DNA of 64,000 bases, from assembly GCA_038231455.1 (NCBI GenBank), contig JBBRLI010000001.1, positions 1 through 64,000 on the forward strand. The letters are read 5' to 3'. This stretch comes from Vulcanimicrobiales bacterium (GTDB lineage Bacteria; Vulcanimicrobiota; Vulcanimicrobiia; Vulcanimicrobiales; Vulcanimicrobiaceae). Below, piece after piece: positions 59,299 through 64,000 of the stretch (position 1 is its first letter; every line of letters begins with the position of its first letter). The notes under the pieces are model-generated. The model had not been told where the DNA came from. It saw only the letters and a list, made by a program, of their open reading frames with translations, and made no database searches. The translations under genes and the position numbers were made by a program.

Positions 59299-60498
59299 AT
59301 GATCCAAGATTCGGCAACAACATCGGTACAGGTCGGCATAGTCGGCGGCGGACCATCGGGACTACTTCTTTCGCTCTTGCTCGCGCGCGCCGGCATCGCA
59401 TCGATCGTGCTCGAAGCGCGCAGCCGCGAATACTGTGAGGGTCGCATTCGCGCGGGTGTTCTCGAAGCCGGGACGATCGACGTCCTCGAAGGTTTAGGGC
59501 TCGGCGTGCGGATGCGCGAGATCGGCCTGGAACACCGCGGCGTCGAATTTCGCTTTGACGGTGCGAGTCACCGTATTCCGTTTTACGACTTGACCGGCAA
59601 AGCGATCATGGTTTACGGACAGCACGAGGTCCTCAAAGATCTCATTGCCGCGCGTATCGCGGCCGGCGACCCGCTGGAATTCGAGGTATCCCAGCTCGCG
59701 CTTCACGACGTCACGGCGACACGCCCGAAGATCGCTTATCGCGATCGAGACGGCCAGGAACGCACCGTGCTCTGCGACTTCATTGCGGGATGTGACGGTT
59801 TTCATGGCGTTTCGCGGCAAGCGATCCCCGCGGACGTCCTGCGCGTCTACGATCGCGTCTATCCGTACTCATGGCTCGGCATTTTGAGCGAGAGCCCGCC
59901 GGTCCGCGACGAACTTATCTACGTCAACCACGACGACGGTTTTGCGCTGTTCAGCCAGCGCTCGACAACCGTGCAGCGCATGTATTTGCAATGCGAGAAC
60001 GACGAAGATCTCACGCAGTGGAGCGACGAGCGGATTTGGCATGCACTGCAGTCGCGGCTCGATGGCATCGACGCACCTGACCTCCGCACGGGTCCGATCT
60101 TGCAGCGCGGCGTGACACCGATGCGCAGCTTTGTCGCCGAACCCATGCGCTATGGGAACCTCTTCCTCGCCGGCGACGCGGCACACATCGTTCCGCCGAC
60201 CGGCGCGAAGGGCATGAATCTCGCCGTCGCGGACGTCACCGTGCTCGCCGAGGGAATGGATCGCTACTATAACCATGGCGAAACAACCGAACTCGATGCT
60301 TACTCGCAAACCGTTCTGCGGCGGATCTGGAAAGCCGAACGCTTCTCCTGGTGGATGACGAGCATCTTGCATCGCAACGATCACGACGACGCGTTCGGTC
60401 GACGGATGCAGCGCGCGGAGCTGGATTACGTCTTCTCATCCGATGCCGCTGCACGTTCGCTCGCGGAAAACTACGTCGGCCTCCCGTTGCGCGTCTGA
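59299..60498 (+). CDS. pobA: 4-hydroxybenzoate 3-monooxygenase
   Basis: GGGPSG, RIRAGVLE, CDGFHG, GDAAHIVPPTGAKGMN, AENYVGLP. Confidence 0.95.
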   Translation: MIQDSATTSVQVGIVGGGPSGLLLSLLLARAGIASIVLEARSREYCEGRIRAGVLEAGTIDVLEGLGLGVRMREIGLEHRGVEFRFDGASHRIPFYDLTGKAIMVYGQHEVLKDLIAARIAAGDPLEFEVSQLALHDVTATRPKIAYRDRDGQERTVLCDFIAGCDGFHGVSRQAIPADVLRVYDRVYPYSWLGILSESPPVRDELIYVNHDDGFALFSQRSTTVQRMYLQCENDEDLTQWSDERIWHALQSRLDGIDAPDLRTGPILQRGVTPMRSFVAEPMRYGNLFLAGDAAHIVPPTGAKGMNLAVADVTVLAEGMDRYYNHGETTELDAYSQTVLRRIWKAERFSWWMTSILHRNDHDDAFGRRMQRAELDYVFSSDAAARSLAENYVGLPLRV

Positions 60499-60587
60499 GG
60501 GCAAGCAGGCGCCCCCTGCCTTGCCAGACAATCGTAAGATGACAGCGCCCGTTTACGGGCGCGACCTTCTTCTATTGAGGAGTTCGC

Positions 60588-61094
60588 ATGCACCGGATGC
60601 TCCGCTTCACAGCGCCGTTACTCGCGGCGTTCGTTTCCGTCTCCGCAGCAGCCCAAGCCACGACCTACGACTGCACGCCAAAAGCGATTGCCGCCAAGAG
60701 CGCTTACGTCATGGCAACATTCCCCGACTTTATCGCCGGTAAATACGCCAACAAGGGCACCTTCGGCCCCGTCCTCAGCAAAATTTGGGACGGTAAAGGC
60801 GACTGCGACCCAAACGGTGACGCCCTCGGAAAGTTAGCGCCAGAAGCGCAGCTCAGTCTGATCAAGACACACTACTATGGCGATATCATGTCCGTCTCGG
60901 CACTCGTTGCCGCGAAAGACATGAAGAGCGCGCGCACGCACATGGACGATTTCAACGGCGTCCACGGAGTCATCGTCGGACCGATGAAGCAATACTTCGC
61001 CGGCTCATTCATGACCCAAGACAAAGACATGCTCAAGGCCATGAAGAGCTTCGATTCTGACATCACCAAGGCCGGTTACAAGCCCGCCCAATAG
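60588..61094 (+). CDS. Hypothetical secreted protein
   Basis: GAGGAG SD, AxA-type signal peptide, two Cys, Met-rich helical C-terminus. Confidence 0.7.
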   Translation: MHRMLRFTAPLLAAFVSVSAAAQATTYDCTPKAIAAKSAYVMATFPDFIAGKYANKGTFGPVLSKIWDGKGDCDPNGDALGKLAPEAQLSLIKTHYYGDIMSVSALVAAKDMKSARTHMDDFNGVHGVIVGPMKQYFAGSFMTQDKDMLKAMKSFDSDITKAGYKPAQ

Positions 61095-61155
61095 CGGATA
61101 GCGGGGCGCGGCGCGCGGGCAAAAGACTCCACCGCGCGTCGCTCGAATCCCATTG

Positions 61156-61782
61156 ATGATGAGCGAACTGATTTCCGTCAACGTCTCTGCCCTCAAATCA
61201 CTCGTCATCGACGGCGAATCGATTCCCACGGGAATCTTCAAAGAATCGGTGAGCGGACGTGTCGCCTTACGCGGCGTCAACGTCGCAGGCGACGATCAAG
61301 GCGACCGCAGCGTGCACGGCGGCCCCGATCGTGTAGCCTACGCGTACGCGCAGGAAGACTACGCTTGGTGGGAACGGGAGCTGGGACGCAGGCTTACTCC
61401 GGGAACATTCGGCGAAAACCTCACCGTACGTGGTCTCGATGTCTCGAACGCGCGTATCGGCGAGCAGTGGCAAATCGGCACGGCCCTCGTTGCGGTGACC
61501 TCACCGCGCGTGCCGTGCTTCAAACTTGCAGCAAAAATGAACGATCCAAAGATCGTGAAGAAATTTGCGCGCGCGCTTCGGCCGGGCGCCTATCTGCGGA
61601 TTGTGACCGAAGGCGAGATCGGCGCGGGTGACGCCATCACCGTGATCTCCCGACCCGACCACGAGCTCACCGTTGCTACGATGGCAAGCATCATTCTCTT
61701 CGAACACGAACGCGCGCACGAACTCCTCGTCCCAGAAATCTCCGCGCGCTGGCGAGCGTGGGTCCGGGACCGAGAAGCTTAG
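61156..61782 (+). CDS. MOSC domain protein (YiiM-like)
   Basis: TGIFK, DQGDRSVHGG, FGENL, PRVPCFKL. Confidence 0.9.
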   Translation: MMSELISVNVSALKSLVIDGESIPTGIFKESVSGRVALRGVNVAGDDQGDRSVHGGPDRVAYAYAQEDYAWWERELGRRLTPGTFGENLTVRGLDVSNARIGEQWQIGTALVAVTSPRVPCFKLAAKMNDPKIVKKFARALRPGAYLRIVTEGEIGAGDAITVISRPDHELTVATMASIILFEHERAHELLVPEISARWRAWVRDREA

Positions 61783-63710
61783 CGCGGGAGCTTGTTCTTC
61801 CGAAAACGCGGGGGCTTGCGAACCGGCTTGAACTGGGTGCGCGCGCGCTTCGCACGCCCGCCGCGTTCGAGGAGCGCCGACTGAATGTCGGCGTCGATAT
61901 CCTCGCGGATATCCGTAATCTCGGCTTGATTGGTATAAATATCGGGGAACCGCTGGGCGAGCCACAGATAGAGCGTCGCCAAACGCGAGCGATCTTCGTA
62001 GAGAAGCAGCCGGTCGCGCGGCGTTTTGCCGCCTTCGATCAATTCGGAGCCATCGACGATGCCGTGTTGTGCGTGGCGTGCGCCCCACTGCGCGAGAATC
62101 GCAAGACTGTTGCCGCGCGTGTTCACCGGGGCGCGACTGTAGGTGCAGCGCGCTTCCAGGGAGAGATTGAGGAATTCCGGTGAGAATTCGAGCGCGATCG
62201 AGGTTTCGATCGTGTCCGTGAGATCGGCGATGCGCACGCCGCTATCGTCTCCCCGCAGCACGCGCGTTTGGAAAAATTGGAGCAGTCGGCTCACGCGGCT
62301 CGTGCCGAGGATGACCGAGAGGCGACGCAAATGGTCGTCCGTCGGCGAGATCCAGATCGGCGCATCGGTCGGCGCGACTTCGTGCAGCTCGATGCTCTTG
62401 CGTAAGAGCGGGATTGCGCGCGGTTCGAGCGCGCTCACGAGCCCTTCTTCATGAATACCGTAGCGACCGGCGCGGCCGGCGATCTGGCGCACTTCCTGCG
62501 GGGTGAGCAGGCGCATTGCGATACCGTCGTATTTTTCGACGGCCGCGAAAATGAGCCGGCGAATCGGCAAATTGAGTCCAAGGCCGATCGCATCGGTTGC
62601 CACCAGCACATCTGCGGCGCCGCTGCGAAAGCGGTCGGCTTCACGACGACGCACGACCGGTGAGAGCGACCCGTAAATTGCAGCCGATGAAAAGCCAAAC
62701 CGCGCGATCTGGGCTTGCAGTTCGACGACCCCATTCCGGGTGAACGCAACGACGGCATCGCCCGCACGCAGCGCAAGAAGCGGGATCGAACCGACAACAC
62801 GCAGCGGATTCTTCCGCTCGAACCGGCGCACGGCAAGTTCGATGCCGAGCCGTTCCATCAAGCGGCGGGCGGCACGCAGCCCTTCTTCCGAACCGCACAT
62901 CACGACGCGTTTCGCTCGGACACCCGCAATCGCGAGCGTCCAAGCCCAGCCGCGCTGCGGATCTTCGAGCAACTGCGCCTCATCGACCACGGCGACATCG
63001 AGCGTGCGCGAGAGATCGATCATCTCGACGGTCGAACTGACGTGGCGCCCGTAGGGATGGATCACGCGTTCTTCGCCGGTGACGAGCGAGGTTGCAACGC
63101 CGAGGTCGCTCAAACGCTCGTAGACTTCGAGTGCGAGTAACCGCAGTGGCGCAAGATAGACACCGCTCTCGGCTTCGCGCAAGAGTTCGATCGCCGCGTG
63201 CGTTTTTCCCGAATTGGTCGGGCCGACGAAATACTCGAAGGTTCGTACTTGCGCGGTGAGGCCTTCCAGATAGAAGCGCAGCCCCAGGTCCGCTTCGACC
63301 TTTTCATCGACGCGCCGGTTCTCTACATCTTGGTATGCCTGCACGAGTCCGCGACGCGCATCCTCGAGGGCGCTGAAAAACGACGAGCGGTCGAACACAC
63401 TCGTGGTCTCGAGGTCATCGGGTGCGCTCAGAATTTTCGCCGCTGCCCGTTCCATCGCGTACTGGAATTGCCCAACCGACGGATCGACGAGGGGAGCGAC
63501 GGCGGCATCGCCGCCTTCTTTGGTCATTTCGATCGGGACAGGGACGGGGACGCGGCCACGGATGATGATGGTGCGCGGCCCAAGTTGCAGCCGCCGTTCG
63601 ATCCGGATTTCGAGGGTGAGGCCGCCGACCAGCTTCCACCCGAGCTTGTCAGCTACTTTACGCAAGCGCGATCGCTCGGCTCTCAATTCGTTTTTCGGAT
63701 CGGTTTCCAC
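61779..63710 (-). CDS. Suv3-like SF2 helicase
   Basis: GPTNSGKT, PLRLLA, DEAQ, RGWAW, ATDAIGLGLN, QIAGRAGR. Confidence 0.9.
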   Translation of the reverse strand: METDPKNELRAERSRLRKVADKLGWKLVGGLTLEIRIERRLQLGPRTIIIRGRVPVPVPIEMTKEGGDAAVAPLVDPSVGQFQYAMERAAAKILSAPDDLETTSVFDRSSFFSALEDARRGLVQAYQDVENRRVDEKVEADLGLRFYLEGLTAQVRTFEYFVGPTNSGKTHAAIELLREAESGVYLAPLRLLALEVYERLSDLGVATSLVTGEERVIHPYGRHVSSTVEMIDLSRTLDVAVVDEAQLLEDPQRGWAWTLAIAGVRAKRVVMCGSEEGLRAARRLMERLGIELAVRRFERKNPLRVVGSIPLLALRAGDAVVAFTRNGVVELQAQIARFGFSSAAIYGSLSPVVRRREADRFRSGAADVLVATDAIGLGLNLPIRRLIFAAVEKYDGIAMRLLTPQEVRQIAGRAGRYGIHEEGLVSALEPRAIPLLRKSIELHEVAPTDAPIWISPTDDHLRRLSVILGTSRVSRLLQFFQTRVLRGDDSGVRIADLTDTIETSIALEFSPEFLNLSLEARCTYSRAPVNTRGNSLAILAQWGARHAQHGIVDGSELIEGGKTPRDRLLLYEDRSRLATLYLWLAQRFPDIYTNQAEITDIREDIDADIQSALLERGGRAKRARTQFKPVRKPPRFRKNKLPR

Positions 63711-63816
63711 CTCAGAAGTATAACGCGGGCTACAAGAGCCTCAGCCGATGTCGAACTTTTCAGAAGGCGAAACGATCGATATCGCGTCTGGAGACTTTTA
63801 ATTCGATAACGTACAT

Positions 63817-64000
63817 ATGATCGAGTCGAACGCCGAAGCCCCGGCCTCAGACCTCGAGCGCCGCTGCGTTGCGTGGCTCGATGATCTCGCACGCACCCGC
63901 GACTTACTTGCCCCCCTGCGCCATGTCAGCGCAGCCGAGTATCCCACAGCCACGGACCTCGAGCGATTCGTTAGTGGACTACGTTCCGAACTCTTCGAGT
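63817..64000 (+). CDS. Possible 3'-partial CDS, unknown product
   Basis: ATG 63817 opens a frame (MIESNAEAPASDLERRCVAW...) that runs off the window end. Confidence 0.45.
   Translation, partial: MIESNAEAPASDLERRCVAWLDDLARTRDLLAPLRHVSAAEYPTATDLERFVSGLRSELFE

Noticed and set aside
59299-60498. PobA as a gallate-forming variant
   Set aside because: The Y385 (AENYVG), T294 (PPTG) and L199 (ELIY) equivalents look wild type.

Overview
A 64 kb GC-rich bacterial window, densely coding (about 60 CDS). I found no rRNA, tRNA, CRISPR array, integrase or transposase. An outer-membrane secretin, many Pro/Thr-linker lipoproteins and apparently leaderless genes suggest a diderm soil lineage such as Eremiobacterota; this is an inference only. 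Content in order: ADH (partial), mqo, a frameshifted lipoprotein PHB depolymerase, LysR and AraC regulators, a Na+/H+ antiporter, an SDR, two non-heme haloperoxidase-type hydrolases and pyc. A 15.6-23.4 kb island resembles the arsenosugar or 'radical SAM/selenodomain' system. After it come an ankyrin gene with a structured leader, an old yellow enzyme, Crp plus PP2C, a DesKR-type two-component system with an ABC exporter, an orphan photoactive yellow protein, DUF1996 plus CBM6-GH64 glucanase, a Tat-exported ThDP enzyme with a di-heme cytochrome c, and an S8 protease-secretin-lipoprotein-DUF1800-DUF1501 block. The window ends with a PQQ-type sugar dehydrogenase, a complete pobA plus protocatechuate 4,5-cleavage (lig) cluster, a MOSC protein and a Suv3-like helicase. 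The best candidate for a new system is the 15.6-23.4 kb island. It holds (i) a 52-codon arsM-like 5' remnant absent from the ORF track, (ii) a non-ArsS radical SAM gene whose TGA is followed by one codon, a TAG and an fdhF-like SECIS hairpin, a candidate penultimate selenocysteine, (iii) a glutaredoxin-Crp fusion regulator, and (iv) related TGTAA-N6-TTAC(A/C) boxes at both ends. Family names come from motif recognition, not database searches. Three frameshifts are single-base deficits in homopolymer runs and may be sequencing errors.
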